A DNA stretch of 64,000 bases from Arcobacteraceae bacterium. GTDB lineage: Bacteria; Campylobacterota; Campylobacteria; Campylobacterales; Arcobacteraceae. The stretch is from positions 288,001 through 352,000 of the forward strand of contig CBDCZH010000010.1 in NCBI GenBank assembly GCA_965224485.1, read 5' to 3'. The position numbers were made by a program, and so were the translations under genes. Shown here one piece after another: positions 9,560-20,205 of this stretch. Each line of letters begins with the position of its first letter. Positions within the stretch are counted from its first letter, which is position 1. The notes below the pieces were generated by a model. That model searched no databases. It worked only from the letters and a program-made list of their open reading frames with translations, and was not told the origin of the DNA.

Positions 9560-10820
9560 TACTAGTAACTTAGAAACTAAAAAACCTAAAAACTTAGAAA
9601 CAAATAATACTCAAAAAATGTACATCCCTAAACCTTCTATTTTTGACCCTGATTCAAATGGACATTTTGGAGAATTTGGTGGACGTTATGTTCCTGAAAC
9701 TCTTATGCCTGCTTTATTAGAACTTGAAAAAGAGTATGAAAAATATAGATTTGATAAAGAATTTTGGAGTGAAGTTGATTATTTATTAAAAGATTATGTA
9801 GGACGTGAAAACCCTTTATATTTTGCTAAAAATATAAGTGAAGAAATAGGGGCAAAGGTATATTTAAAAAGAGAAGATTTAAATCATACAGGTGCTCATA
9901 AAATAAATAATGTAATTGCCCAAGGTTTACTTGCTAAAAAACTTGGAAAAACTAAAGTAATTGCTGAAACTGGAGCTGGACAGCATGGGGTTGCTACTGC
10001 AACTATTGCTGCTCTTTTAGGTTTAGAATGTACTGTATTTATGGGTGCTAAAGATGTAAAACGTCAAGAACTAAATGTATTTAGAATGAAACTTTTAGGT
10101 GCTAAAGTTGTTGCTGTTGAAACAGGAAGCAAAACCTTAAAAGATGCTATGAATGAAGCTATTCGTTTTTGGGTAACTAATGCTAGAGATACTTTTTATA
10201 TAATAGGAACAGTAGCAGGTCCTCATCCTTATCCTATGATGGTTAGAGATTTTCAAGCAATTATTGGCTATGAAGCAAGAGCCCAAATTCTTAAAAAAGA
10301 GAATAAACTTCCTGATTATGTTATTGCTTGTATTGGTGGGGGTTCTAACGCTATTGGTATTTTCTCTCACTTCTTAGAAGATAAGGAAACTACCTGTATT
10401 GGTATTGAAGCTGGTGGTTTAGGACTTGATACAAATAAACATGGTTGCTCACTAGAAAAAGGAAGCCCTGGGGTTTTACATGGTCAGTGTTCATATTTAC
10501 TTCAAGATGAAGATGGGCAAGTTTTAGAAGCACATAGTATATCAGCAGGACTTGATTATCCTGGCATTGGCCCTGAACATAGTTTCCATAAAATTAATAA
10601 ATCAGTTTGCTATGATAGTATTACTGATAAAGAAGCCTTAGATGCTTTTGTTTGGTTAAGTCAAAAAGAAGGTATTATTCCAGCATTTGAAAGCTCTCAT
10701 GCTATTGCTTATTTAAAAAAAGCAAAAAATAAACTAAAAGGTAAATTAGTTATTGTAAACCTTTCTGGACGAGGTGATAAAGATATGGAACAAGCAAAAG
10801 ACTTATTAAAATTTGACTAG
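9546..10820 (+). CDS. trpB: tryptophan synthase beta chain; conserved part starts at Met 9618
   Basis: [42 protein letters not shown]. Confidence 0.96.
   Translation: MAHNDTSNLETKKPKNLETNNTQKMYIPKPSIFDPDSNGHFGEFGGRYVPETLMPALLELEKEYEKYRFDKEFWSEVDYLLKDYVGRENPLYFAKNISEEIGAKVYLKREDLNHTGAHKINNVIAQGLLAKKLGKTKVIAETGAGQHGVATATIAALLGLECTVFMGAKDVKRQELNVFRMKLLGAKVVAVETGSKTLKDAMNEAIRFWVTNARDTFYIIGTVAGPHPYPMMVRDFQAIIGYEARAQILKKENKLPDYVIACIGGGSNAIGIFSHFLEDKETTCIGIEAGGLGLDTNKHGCSLEKGSPGVLHGQCSYLLQDEDGQVLEAHSISAGLDYPGIGPEHSFHKINKSVCYDSITDKEALDAFVWLSQKEGIIPAFESSHAIAYLKKAKNKLKGKLVIVNLSGRGDKDMEQAKDLLKFD
9564..9603. repeat. five degenerate octamers, consensus A(A/G)AAACTT, inverted relative to 9101-9148
   Basis: agtaactt agaaacta aaaaacct aaaaactt agaaacaa. 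Confidence 0.8.
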
Positions 10821-10831
10821 GAATTAAATAA

Positions 10832-11515
10832 ATGAAGAAACTATTAAAGAAAAATTCTGGAAAGATTTTGTTTGCAGTTGTTGCAACATTTTTTTCCTTT
10901 TTAATTTATAATTTATATGCAGCTCCTGTAAGTGGAATAGAAAATAAATTTATGTATTTATTAAAAACATATGGTTATATTATATTATTTGCTTGGAGTA
11001 TATTAGAAGGTGAAGCTGGTTTAATAATGGCTGGTCTTTTATCTCATGCGGGTGAAATGAACTTATATATGGCTATTTTTGTAGCTGGACTTGGTGGTTT
11101 TGCTGGAGATCAAATATATTTTTATATAGGAAGATTTAACAAATCATATGTACATAGAAAGTTTAAAGGGCAGCGACGTAAGTTTGCCTTATCTCATTTA
11201 TTATTACAAAAATATGGTTGGCCTATAATTTTTGCTCAAAGATATATGTACGGAATGAGAACAATAATTCCTATTTCAATAGGACTTACACGATATAGCG
11301 CAAAAATGTTTGCTTTTATAAATCTTATTTCTGCTTGGTGTTGGGCAACTATTACCATAGTTCCAGCTTGGTATTTTGGTGAAGAGATTTTAGAGATGTT
11401 ACAATTAGCAAAACAATATTGGTATTTTGCACTTCCTTTTGTTCTCGGTTTTGGATTTGCAATTATATATTATTTTAGAAAAATGACTGAAAAAAAGGAA
11501 AAAAATGTTAATTAA
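10832..11515 (+). CDS. DedA family membrane protein
   Basis: LEGE, GDQIYFYIGR, RYMYGMRT. Confidence 0.88.
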   Translation: MKKLLKKNSGKILFAVVATFFSFLIYNLYAAPVSGIENKFMYLLKTYGYIILFAWSILEGEAGLIMAGLLSHAGEMNLYMAIFVAGLGGFAGDQIYFYIGRFNKSYVHRKFKGQRRKFALSHLLLQKYGWPIIFAQRYMYGMRTIIPISIGLTRYSAKMFAFINLISAWCWATITIVPAWYFGEEILEMLQLAKQYWYFALPFVLGFGFAIIYYFRKMTEKKEKNVN

Positions 11516-12941
11516 TTTAAGTGATAAAAGTTTAAAGAACATAGAAGTAGATATTGAAATTATAATAATAAACAAAAGAGATTTAGATTTAACTGCTGAT
11601 GAAAATATTTTAAAAAATTTAAATTTTAAAGCAAGTGATGAAGAAGTAGTTTTTTTAATACAGAGTAAAAAAATATATGTAGGTTATGAAGATAATTCAT
11701 ATGATTCATATGCAATTGCAATCAGTGCCGCAATTAAAGAATTGAAAAAAACAAATTTTTCTACATATAAAATCAAACTTTTTAAAGATGAAGAATTATG
11801 TTTAAAAGCCTTTGTTGAAGGTGCTGTTTTAGCATCTTATTCATTTAATAAGTATAAAAGCAAGAAAACTAAAGAGATAAAACGTGAACTAATTATTTCT
11901 TGTAATAAAATAAATACAAAACTAATAAATATTTTAGAAGATTCAATGATAATTTCTAAAAGTGTGAACAAAGTAAGAAGTTTTGTAAATACTACTCCTG
12001 AAGATTTTTTCCCAGAGACTATGAGTAAAGAAGCTGCAAAAATTGCGAAAAATGATGATGTTTCTATCAAAGTTTATGGTGAAAAATATTTAGATAAGCA
12101 TAAAATGCACTCTATGTTGAGTGTAGGTCGTGCCTCAAGACATGAATCAAAACTAATACATCTTACATATAAACCAAAAAATGCTAAGAAAAAAATAGTT
12201 TTAGTTGGAAAAGGTTTAACATATGATTCAGGTGGACTTTCTTTAAAACCAGCAGAATATATGTTAACTATGAAGTCTGATAAATCAGGTGGTTGTGCTG
12301 TTTTAGGAATGATAGATGCAATTTCACTTTTAAAACTTCCTATTGAAGTTCATGGTGTTATTGGAGCAGTTGAGAATATGATAGGTGGAGATGCTTTTAA
12401 ACCTGATGATGTATTAGTTGCTAAAAATGGTAAAACTATTGAAGTTAAAAATACAGATGCAGAAGGAAGACTAGTACTAGCTGATTGTTTATGTTTTGCT
12501 CAAGATAAAATTAAAAACCTTGATTATATTTTTGATTATGCAACACTAACAGGAGCTTGTGTGGTTGGAGTTGGTGAGTATACTACTGCTATTATGGGAA
12601 ATAATACTTCATTAAGATGTAAAGCAATTGCAAATGCTTCAAGAGCTGGAGAGTATGCTACTTCTTTACCTTTTAATAGATTTTTAAAACAATCAATAAA
12701 ATCAGAAATAGCTGATATTTCAAATCTTGGAAAAAGTAGATATGGTGGGGCTATTACAGCAGCACTGTTTTTAGATCATTTTATAAAAGATGAAAATAAA
12801 GACAAGTGGTTGCATTATGATATAGCTGGACCTGCTTATGTGGAACACTCTTGGGGATATAATCCTTTTGGAGCAAGTGGAGCTGGTGTTCGTATGACTA
12901 TTGAGTTTTTAAAAAATCTTGATTTAAATTCTAAACACTAG
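11505..12941 (+). CDS. pepA: leucyl aminopeptidase (M17)
   Basis: VGKGLTYDSGG, NTDAEGRLVLAD, ATLTGA. Confidence 0.94.
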   Translation: MLINLSDKSLKNIEVDIEIIIINKRDLDLTADENILKNLNFKASDEEVVFLIQSKKIYVGYEDNSYDSYAIAISAAIKELKKTNFSTYKIKLFKDEELCLKAFVEGAVLASYSFNKYKSKKTKEIKRELIISCNKINTKLINILEDSMIISKSVNKVRSFVNTTPEDFFPETMSKEAAKIAKNDDVSIKVYGEKYLDKHKMHSMLSVGRASRHESKLIHLTYKPKNAKKKIVLVGKGLTYDSGGLSLKPAEYMLTMKSDKSGGCAVLGMIDAISLLKLPIEVHGVIGAVENMIGGDAFKPDDVLVAKNGKTIEVKNTDAEGRLVLADCLCFAQDKIKNLDYIFDYATLTGACVVGVGEYTTAIMGNNTSLRCKAIANASRAGEYATSLPFNRFLKQSIKSEIADISNLGKSRYGGAITAALFLDHFIKDENKDKWLHYDIAGPAYVEHSWGYNPFGASGAGVRMTIEFLKNLDLNSKH

Positions 12942-12943
12942 TT

Positions 12944-12975
12944 AAAAAGAAGTAAGATTTTCTTACTTCTTTTTT
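12944..12975 (+). terminator. intrinsic terminator after pepA
   Basis: AAAAAGAAGTAAGA-ttt-TCTTACTTCTTTTTT. Confidence 0.75.
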
Positions 12976-12990
12976 ATTGATTTTAAATAT

Positions 12991-13007
12991 ATACTATACT
13001 AGGGTAT
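12991..13007. promoter_or_regulatory. CsoR/RcnR/FrmR-type operator ATAC-N9-GTAT
   Basis: ATAC tatactagg GTAT directly upstream of the CsoR-family gene. Confidence 0.6.
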
Positions 13008-13025
13008 ATCATAATAAGGAATACG

Positions 13026-13325
13026 ATGGCATATTGTTGTGAAGTTGAGAGAAAAAAACTACAAAATAGAATAAATAGAATAGCTGGCCAGGTAAATTCT
13101 TTAAAAAATAAGTTCTCAGATGAAACTTTTAATTTAGAAAGTGACCCTTACGAAACGATTAGACAATTAACTGCTGTTAAGGGTGCGTTAAATGGAATGA
13201 TAACTTCTTATATTGAACACTATGCTAAAGGTCATATGGTAAGTAAAATTAAAGAAGGTAGCCAAGCTGATTCTGAAGCACAAATCGATAATCTCTTAGA
13301 AATCATAAAAGTATTTGGTAAATAA
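13026..13325 (+). CDS. CsoR/RcnR/FrmR family transcriptional repressor
   Basis: NRINRIAGQV and QLTAVKGAL motifs. Confidence 0.85.
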   Translation: MAYCCEVERKKLQNRINRIAGQVNSLKNKFSDETFNLESDPYETIRQLTAVKGALNGMITSYIEHYAKGHMVSKIKEGSQADSEAQIDNLLEIIKVFGK

Positions 13326-13354
13326 GAAGTATTAGTATTTTAATACTTCTTATT
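13321..13354. terminator. bidirectional terminator
   Basis: AATAAGAAGTATTA / TAATACTTCTTATT inverted repeat between convergent genes. Confidence 0.7.
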
Positions 13355-13363
13355 TTATTTATT

Positions 13364-15379
13364 TTAAAATCTATATGTTAGTTGAACACCTATTTCTCTT
13401 GGTTGTGAATAAATAACATATTGGCTGTTATATCCATTTATATTATGCTCTTTATTAAATAAATTCTTAGCATATAAATGAATTTCATAACTTTGCGTTT
13501 CATATCCTATTTTTGTATCAACTAAGTTATATGCTGGAACTTTGTTTTTGTTTTCTTTATCTGTGTAAATTGAAGAAAAACCACTAATATCTGCTCTTGC
13601 AAAATAACCATCACTATTTCTATATGATAAACCTATATTATAATTATATTTTGGAGAATAAATATTCTCATTTCCTTTATGATTTACTATTCCTAATGGT
13701 ATACCTGCTTGCGAAAATATATTATCTTCAAAATCTTCAAATTGTGTTTTATTTAAACCAAGGCTAGTGAAAAATGTAAAAGAATCATTTATTTTATAAT
13801 TCACTTCAAGCTCTAAACCCTTAGATGTTGATTTTCCAGCATTTGATGTATATCCTTCAAAAGGACTTAATGCAGTTTTTACTTGCATATCAGCTATATC
13901 CATATAATATAAGCTGAAATTTACTAGTAGTTTGTCTTTTAATAACTTGTTTTTCATTCCTAATTCATATGAAAGTAAAGATTCCTGTTCAAAACTATTT
14001 AGATGATTTGCCCTTTGAGAAGAACTTGTATTAAAGCCGCCAGCTCTGTATCCTTTAGCTATATTTATATAAGCCATTTGACTTTTATTAAAAGAATAAT
14101 TTAATGCTAATTTAGGAGAAATAGCATCAAAACTTTTTGATTTCTTATATCCCGTATGTTCTTTTTTTTCTTTGTCATATCTTATTCCTCCAAGTATAGA
14201 TACTTTTTCATTTAAATCATAAGTCAAATGAGCAAATATACCTATAGACTTACTATCAATTGGATCATGTATTACATTTGTTGTACCTATTTGTTCACTA
14301 TAAAAGTTTACTTTGTCTTTATCTAAATAAAGTCCTGCTAAGTAATGAATATTATTTAAAGAAGAGCTTATTCTAAACTCTTGGGCGATAGTTGTAAAGT
14401 TATTCTTATTTGGTCTTTTCTCATGGTAAGTGTATTGATATTTTGGATCACTTGGATTAGAGAAATCCCAATCTTGTTGGGCATTATCTTTATATTTTCT
14501 ATACGAACTAATTGATTCTAATTTTAAATCATTTACCTTGTATTGTATTTTTAAAGAGTTTAAATTAGTTATTGATTTATTAAAACCATTGAGGTCAGAT
14601 TTAACTTCTCTATTTTTTGCTGTAGTTAATCCTATTAAACTATCTGTATCATCATATTTAACTAGTGATGAAATTAATGATACTTCTAAATTATCATTAG
14701 GAGTTGCTCTTAAATTAACTTTCCCATAAATATTTTCTCTCGAACCCACTTTTTTATCTAAATTTGTATTATTTAAAAAACCATCTTTTTTTGATTTTCT
14801 AAAAGATATTCCAGCATATAATTTATCTTTGATAAGGGGACCACTAATGATTGCATTTACTTCTTTTTTATTATTACTTGCAAATGAAAAGGCTAATTTA
14901 CCTTGAATTTCATTACTTGGTTTTTTACTAATTATGTTTATAACACCAGCTTGTGCATTTTTACCATAAAGTGTTCCTTGTGGACCTTTTAAAATCTCAA
15001 CTCTTTGCACATCAAAAATTGCAGTATTGTAACCTAAACCATTAAGTATAGGAACTCCATCTACGAACATTACAATAGGAGTATTGAAATTATGAAAATC
15101 TCCATGTAAACCTCTAATTGTTGGACTTCCTACTCCTGATGTTCCTTGATTAACAAAAGAGAAACTAGGTGTTATCTTAGTTAAATCCTCCATTTTATCA
15201 ATATTTTTATCTTCTATTAAAAATTCATCAACAACATTTATACTAATAGGTACATGCTGCATATCTTGTTCAACTTTTTGCGCAGTTACTGTAATAGTAT
15301 CTAATTGATTTGATTCTTGTGCATAAACATTACATAATAATGATGCAACAATAATTGAAGTTTTTATATCTAAACGCAT
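13364..15379 (-). CDS. TonB-dependent receptor (FyuA-like)
   Basis: TonB box DTITVTAQK, RVEILKGPQGTLYGKNAQAGVINI, C-terminal TYRF. Confidence 0.92.
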   Translation of the reverse strand: MRLDIKTSIIVASLLCNVYAQESNQLDTITVTAQKVEQDMQHVPISINVVDEFLIEDKNIDKMEDLTKITPSFSFVNQGTSGVGSPTIRGLHGDFHNFNTPIVMFVDGVPILNGLGYNTAIFDVQRVEILKGPQGTLYGKNAQAGVINIISKKPSNEIQGKLAFSFASNNKKEVNAIISGPLIKDKLYAGISFRKSKKDGFLNNTNLDKKVGSRENIYGKVNLRATPNDNLEVSLISSLVKYDDTDSLIGLTTAKNREVKSDLNGFNKSITNLNSLKIQYKVNDLKLESISSYRKYKDNAQQDWDFSNPSDPKYQYTYHEKRPNKNNFTTIAQEFRISSSLNNIHYLAGLYLDKDKVNFYSEQIGTTNVIHDPIDSKSIGIFAHLTYDLNEKVSILGGIRYDKEKKEHTGYKKSKSFDAISPKLALNYSFNKSQMAYINIAKGYRAGGFNTSSSQRANHLNSFEQESLLSYELGMKNKLLKDKLLVNFSLYYMDIADMQVKTALSPFEGYTSNAGKSTSKGLELEVNYKINDSFTFFTSLGLNKTQFEDFEDNIFSQAGIPLGIVNHKGNENIYSPKYNYNIGLSYRNSDGYFARADISGFSSIYTDKENKNKVPAYNLVDTKIGYETQSYEIHLYAKNLFNKEHNINGYNSQYVIYSQPREIGVQLTYRF

Positions 15380-15420
15380 TTCTTTCCTTTTATGTAAAAT
15401 TAAATATCTTTAAGTATACT

Positions 15421-15439
15421 AATAAGAATTATCATAATC
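15421..15439 (-). promoter_or_regulatory. Fur box
   Basis: minus strand GATTATGATAATTCTTATT, 15/19 match to GATAATGATAATCATTATC, between the receptor and AraC genes. Confidence 0.65.
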
Positions 15440-15491
15440 AATAACAAAAAAGTATTTAATGTATTATTTAGAGTTTAAAAAGGATTTATGA

Positions 15492-16472
15492 ATGTCACAC
15501 AAAATTTCTATGGAAGAATTTGGTGAAATTATTACTATTGGAAATAATGAAAATAAAAAATTAAATAAAATTTCTAAATCAGATCAAATATTTAAATCAA
15601 ATTTTGAAGAACTAATATTATCTTCAAATTTATCTGTAATAAAATGGGAAGTTGAAACTAAAGAAGATTTAGAAATTTTTGGTGCATATAAAGATGATTC
15701 TTTATGTATTAGAATTGCAATAAGTGGTAGTATTAATCAATATGAAGAACATTCTAAAAGCAAAATGAACCTAAGCAAAAATGAAATAGCTTGTATTAGT
15801 ATAAAAGAAGTACAAGGACGAGAAGTTTATAAGAAAAATACCAAATACCAAGCTTTAGATATTTATCTTAAAAATGATTTTTTTGATAAACATATGCCAA
15901 CTTTAGCCTCAAAATTCCATACACAAGTTACTCAAACAGATTATTACAATATTATAAAACAAAAAAAGATATACCACCAAGCTGCTCTTTGTGCAAATAA
16001 AATTTTCAACTCTTCTTTTGAAAATAATTTAAATGAACTTTTTATTTATGGTAATATTTTAGAGTTATTATCCTATGAATTACAAGATTTATTTAGTTTA
16101 GAAAAAAACAATATTAAAAGAGTAATTAAGTTTAGTCAATATGATATGGCTGCCCTTGAAAAAGCTAAAGAAATTTTATTTTCTAATTTGGAAAATGCTC
16201 CAAATTTATCAACATTATCAAAGCTTGTAAAATTAAATGAATTCAAACTAAAATATGGTTTTAAAAAGTTTTTTAAAATTACACCTTATCATTTACTTTT
16301 AGAATATAGAATGGAAAAAGCATATTCTTTACTAGAAAAGAGTGAATACAACATAAATGAAATTTCTTCAAATATAGGATATAAGCAAGCTTCAAATTTT
16401 ACAAAAGCATTTTATAAAAAGTATAATATCTTACCAAAAGATTTAATGAAAAATAGAACGTATTATTATTAA
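15492..16472 (+). CDS. AraC family regulator (PchR/YbtA-like)
   Basis: C-terminal double HTH (LNEFKLKYGFKKFF; IGYKQASNFTKAF); divergent from the receptor. Confidence 0.88.
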   Translation: MSHKISMEEFGEIITIGNNENKKLNKISKSDQIFKSNFEELILSSNLSVIKWEVETKEDLEIFGAYKDDSLCIRIAISGSINQYEEHSKSKMNLSKNEIACISIKEVQGREVYKKNTKYQALDIYLKNDFFDKHMPTLASKFHTQVTQTDYYNIIKQKKIYHQAALCANKIFNSSFENNLNELFIYGNILELLSYELQDLFSLEKNNIKRVIKFSQYDMAALEKAKEILFSNLENAPNLSTLSKLVKLNEFKLKYGFKKFFKITPYHLLLEYRMEKAYSLLEKSEYNINEISSNIGYKQASNFTKAFYKKYNILPKDLMKNRTYYY

Positions 16473-16671
16473 ATAGTAAATAAATAAAAAATACTTTCTT
16501 AAATCTTAGAAATATATTCAAGTCTTAATTTTGTAAATAACAGCAATACAAAAGAGTATAAGAAAGCTAAAGTTCAATAAGCTAGTTTTTTGCATTTTTT
16601 GCCTATAATGCGCTAAAACAAAGAGTTTAGTATAAAATAAAATACTTTATAACTTTAATATAAGGAATAAT

Positions 16672-17775
16672 ATGGGATTAGGTGTAGGAATCGTAGGATT
16701 ACCAAATATAGGAAAATCGACAACTTTTAATGCTTTAACAAAAGCACAAAATGCAGAAGCTCAGAACTACCCATTTTGTACAATTGAACCAAATAAAGCA
16801 ATTGTACCAGTTCCTGATAAAAGACTTGATGCTCTAGCAAAAATAGTAGTTCCAGATAAAATACAACATTCAACTATTGATTTTGTTGATATTGCTGGTT
16901 TAGTAAAAGGAGCTTCAAAAGGTGAAGGTTTAGGAAATAAATTTTTATCTAATATTAGAGAAGTTGAAGTAATCTTGCATATGGTTAGATGTTTTGATGA
17001 TGAAAATGTTGTTCATGTTGAAGGTGGAATCGATCCAGTTAGAGATATTGAGATTATTGAAACAGAGCTTATTTACGCTGATATAACACAACTTGATAAA
17101 AAATGTGATAGATTAAAAAAAGATTCAAAGTTTGATAAAATAGCTGCTGCTAAACTTCTAATTGCTGCTGCTCTTTTAGCTCACCTAGAAGAGTTGAAAC
17201 CTGTTTCTTCTTTTGAAAATAGAGACAATGAAGAGTTTGAAGAGCTTGATACTGAACTTAGATTTTTATCAAACAAAGATGTTATTTATGGTGCAAATGT
17301 TGATGAAGATTCATTAGGTGAGGGTGGAAATAAATATGTTGATTTAGTAAAAGAACATGCGTCTGCTGTAAATGCTGATGTAATTGTGCTTTGTGCAAAA
17401 ATCGAAGAAGAACTTATTGGTCTTGAAGAAGATGAAGCACAAGAATTCTTAACTGATTTAGGAGTTGTTGAATCAGGTTTAGAACAAATCATTCACAAAG
17501 CTTTTGATAAACTAGGTCTTCAATCATACTTTACAGCTGGAAAAGTTGAAGTGCGAGCTTGGACTATTAAAAAAGAGACTAAAGCTCCTCAAGCAGCAGC
17601 TGTTATTCATAATGACTTTGAAAAAGGTTTTATTAAAGCAGAAGTAATAGCGTATGAAGATTTTGTAAACTTAGGTGGAGAGCTTAAGTGTAAAGAAGCA
17701 GGTAAACTAAAACTTGAAGGAAAAGATTATATCGTTCAAGATGGTGATATTATGCACTTCAGATTTAATGTTTAA
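16672..17775 (+). CDS. ychF: ribosome-binding ATPase YchF
   Basis: GIVGLPNIGKST, NYPFCTIEPN, YIVQDGDIMHFRFNV. Confidence 0.96.
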   Translation: MGLGVGIVGLPNIGKSTTFNALTKAQNAEAQNYPFCTIEPNKAIVPVPDKRLDALAKIVVPDKIQHSTIDFVDIAGLVKGASKGEGLGNKFLSNIREVEVILHMVRCFDDENVVHVEGGIDPVRDIEIIETELIYADITQLDKKCDRLKKDSKFDKIAAAKLLIAAALLAHLEELKPVSSFENRDNEEFEELDTELRFLSNKDVIYGANVDEDSLGEGGNKYVDLVKEHASAVNADVIVLCAKIEEELIGLEEDEAQEFLTDLGVVESGLEQIIHKAFDKLGLQSYFTAGKVEVRAWTIKKETKAPQAAAVIHNDFEKGFIKAEVIAYEDFVNLGGELKCKEAGKLKLEGKDYIVQDGDIMHFRFNV

Positions 17776-17926
17776 GAGCTAAGCTCTTAAACATTAGTCA
17801 TCCACACTAGCAATTTTTTTTTAATAATAAATAAATAATTAACTACTTTGTCCTTTTTAGTTTAAATTAACATAAAGTATGTAGAATATACTGTATTGAT
17901 GTTTAGATTCTCTATTAAGGCTAATA

Positions 17927-20188
17927 ATGGCGACTATAAAGAATAATATTTTCCTTATCTTTTATTTAATGCTTTTTTTAGGAACAATTGTTCTTAGTAC
18001 AATTATTTATAGAAACTTTGTAGCTACAAAATATGAATACATCATAGAACAAGAAAATATAACAAAAATCAACTCAAATTCTCTTTATTTTTCATTTTTA
18101 CAGTATGAAATGCTTTTGGATATATTAGGAAATGAATTAAGTTTTAATGATAATTACAAGTCTTTAAAACATTCAAGAGTTATTTTAGATAAATTATTAA
18201 AACTAAATACTTCTATAGTTGCTTTTGGTTTAGCAAGAGCTGATGGGCAATTATATATAACTAGTTCAAATTTAAAACATATAAAATCTTTACCAAACTT
18301 ACTAAAAAAAGAAGAAACTAAAAAAAGTTTTTTACATACTTTAGAAAAAGATGTGATGGTAATTGGGCGAACATATTATCATAAGGGTCTAAAAACTCTA
18401 TTAATTCCAATTAGAAAAACTATAAGAAATGAGAAAAATGAAGTTGTAGCTATTATGACAGCTGGAATATATCTTAATAAAGCATTTAAATTCTTTAAAA
18501 ATGAAAATACTTTTATTTTAAGAGCTTTTGATTATTATAAACAAATATCACAAAAGAAGAATAATCAAAAAAAAGATTATGAAAAAAGTATTCCAAAAGA
18601 TATAAGATTTAAACTTGTTAATAATATTGAACATAAATATAAGACAGATATGAAAAGTATTAAAGAAGGTGAAAAATTAATTACAATTAAAAATAAGGCT
18701 TATTTTAAAAAAAATCAAGAGTATTTAACAAGTATAGTTTATATAAAAAGATTTGAATTATGGACTATTACTCAAACTCCTTATACTAAAGTTATGTCAA
18801 AAGTATATAAAGAGTCTACTATTCTTATATTATTGTTTATTATAATATACATAATATTATTTTTCTTTTTTAGGTTAATTGATACCTTTGAAAGAAAAAA
18901 ACAAGGTGAGTTATATTACCAAGCAACGCATGATCCTTTAACAAAATTGTATAATAGATTGTATTTATCTCATGAGTTTGAAGAAAATAAAAATAAAAAA
19001 GATTTCACTCTTTTAATAATTGACATTGATAATTTTAGATCAATAAATGATACTTATGGACATGATTATGGGGATATAATTTTAAAAGAAATAAGCCTTC
19101 GTTTATCATCTTTAAAAATAAATAATGATGCTCTTATTCGTTATAGTGCTGATGAGTTTTTATTTATAACAAAAAGAGTCAAAGAAAAAGATATAAAAGT
19201 ACTACTTGATGATATATTCAAAAGTTTGGAAAAAGTATTTATATATAAACAATATGAGTATAAAATTAGTGCGTCTATTGGTATTTCTGTATATCCAAAA
19301 GATGGTAAAAACTTTGATGAAGTTAAAAGACATGCAGATCTTGCTTTAAGTGAAGCAAAAAAACACAAAAATAGTATATGTTTTTTCCAAAATGCTATTA
19401 AATTGAAGTATCTTCAGACTTCACTTATTGAAGAAGCTTTAAAAACAGCACTTGACAATAAAGAAATTTATATGACCTACCAAGTGCAACTTGATAAAAA
19501 TGAAAATATTTATGGTGTTGAAGCTTTAGTTAGATGGAATAATAAAAAACTAGGGCCAATAGCTCCTGATATTTTTATTAAAATAGCTGAAAACTCTGGA
19601 ATGATGACTATTTTAGGTGATTATATAATACAAACATCTCTTAAAGAGATTACTTCTTTATATAAAAAAATGAATAGGAAATTTCAATTATCACTGAATA
19701 TATCATATAAACAGTTTTTAGATATAAACTTTTATGACAAATTATCAAATGAAATTGCTATAAATGATTTTAATCAAGAATTATTAACTCTAGAAGTAAC
19801 AGAAAATATTTTTATAGAAGATATAGATTTTGTATTAAACTTACTTCATAAAATCAGAAAAGATAAAATAAAAATATCCTTAGATGATTTTGGAACAGGA
19901 TATTCTTCGTTAAGTTTATTGAAAAAACTTCCAATAGATGAACTTAAAATTGATAAAAGTTTTGTTGATGATATTGTACAAGACAAAGACTCTTTAAGTA
20001 TGGTAGAAGCTATTATTTCTCTTGGTAAGAAGTTAAATATGGTTGTTTTAGCAGAAGGAGTTGAAAGTATTGAGCAAAAAAGATTATTGCTTGAAAAAAA
20101 TTGTGATTTATTTCAAGGTTATTTATATTCAAAACCTCTAAAAATAAAGCAGCTAGAAAATTTCTTAAAAGTTGAGAGTAATATATAG
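17927..20188 (+). CDS. membrane sensor with GGDEF (degenerate SADEF) and EAL domains; probable c-di-GMP phosphodiesterase
   Basis: 2 TM around a Cache-like region; HDPLTKLYNR, RYSADEF, EALVRW, DDFGTGYSS. Confidence 0.88.
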   Translation: MATIKNNIFLIFYLMLFLGTIVLSTIIYRNFVATKYEYIIEQENITKINSNSLYFSFLQYEMLLDILGNELSFNDNYKSLKHSRVILDKLLKLNTSIVAFGLARADGQLYITSSNLKHIKSLPNLLKKEETKKSFLHTLEKDVMVIGRTYYHKGLKTLLIPIRKTIRNEKNEVVAIMTAGIYLNKAFKFFKNENTFILRAFDYYKQISQKKNNQKKDYEKSIPKDIRFKLVNNIEHKYKTDMKSIKEGEKLITIKNKAYFKKNQEYLTSIVYIKRFELWTITQTPYTKVMSKVYKESTILILLFIIIYIILFFFFRLIDTFERKKQGELYYQATHDPLTKLYNRLYLSHEFEENKNKKDFTLLIIDIDNFRSINDTYGHDYGDIILKEISLRLSSLKINNDALIRYSADEFLFITKRVKEKDIKVLLDDIFKSLEKVFIYKQYEYKISASIGISVYPKDGKNFDEVKRHADLALSEAKKHKNSICFFQNAIKLKYLQTSLIEEALKTALDNKEIYMTYQVQLDKNENIYGVEALVRWNNKKLGPIAPDIFIKIAENSGMMTILGDYIIQTSLKEITSLYKKMNRKFQLSLNISYKQFLDINFYDKLSNEIAINDFNQELLTLEVTENIFIEDIDFVLNLLHKIRKDKIKISLDDFGTGYSSLSLLKKLPIDELKIDKSFVDDIVQDKDSLSMVEAIISLGKKLNMVVLAEGVESIEQKRLLLEKNCDLFQGYLYSKPLKIKQLENFLKVESNI

Positions 20189-20205
20189 TAAATATATTTA
20201 AGTAT

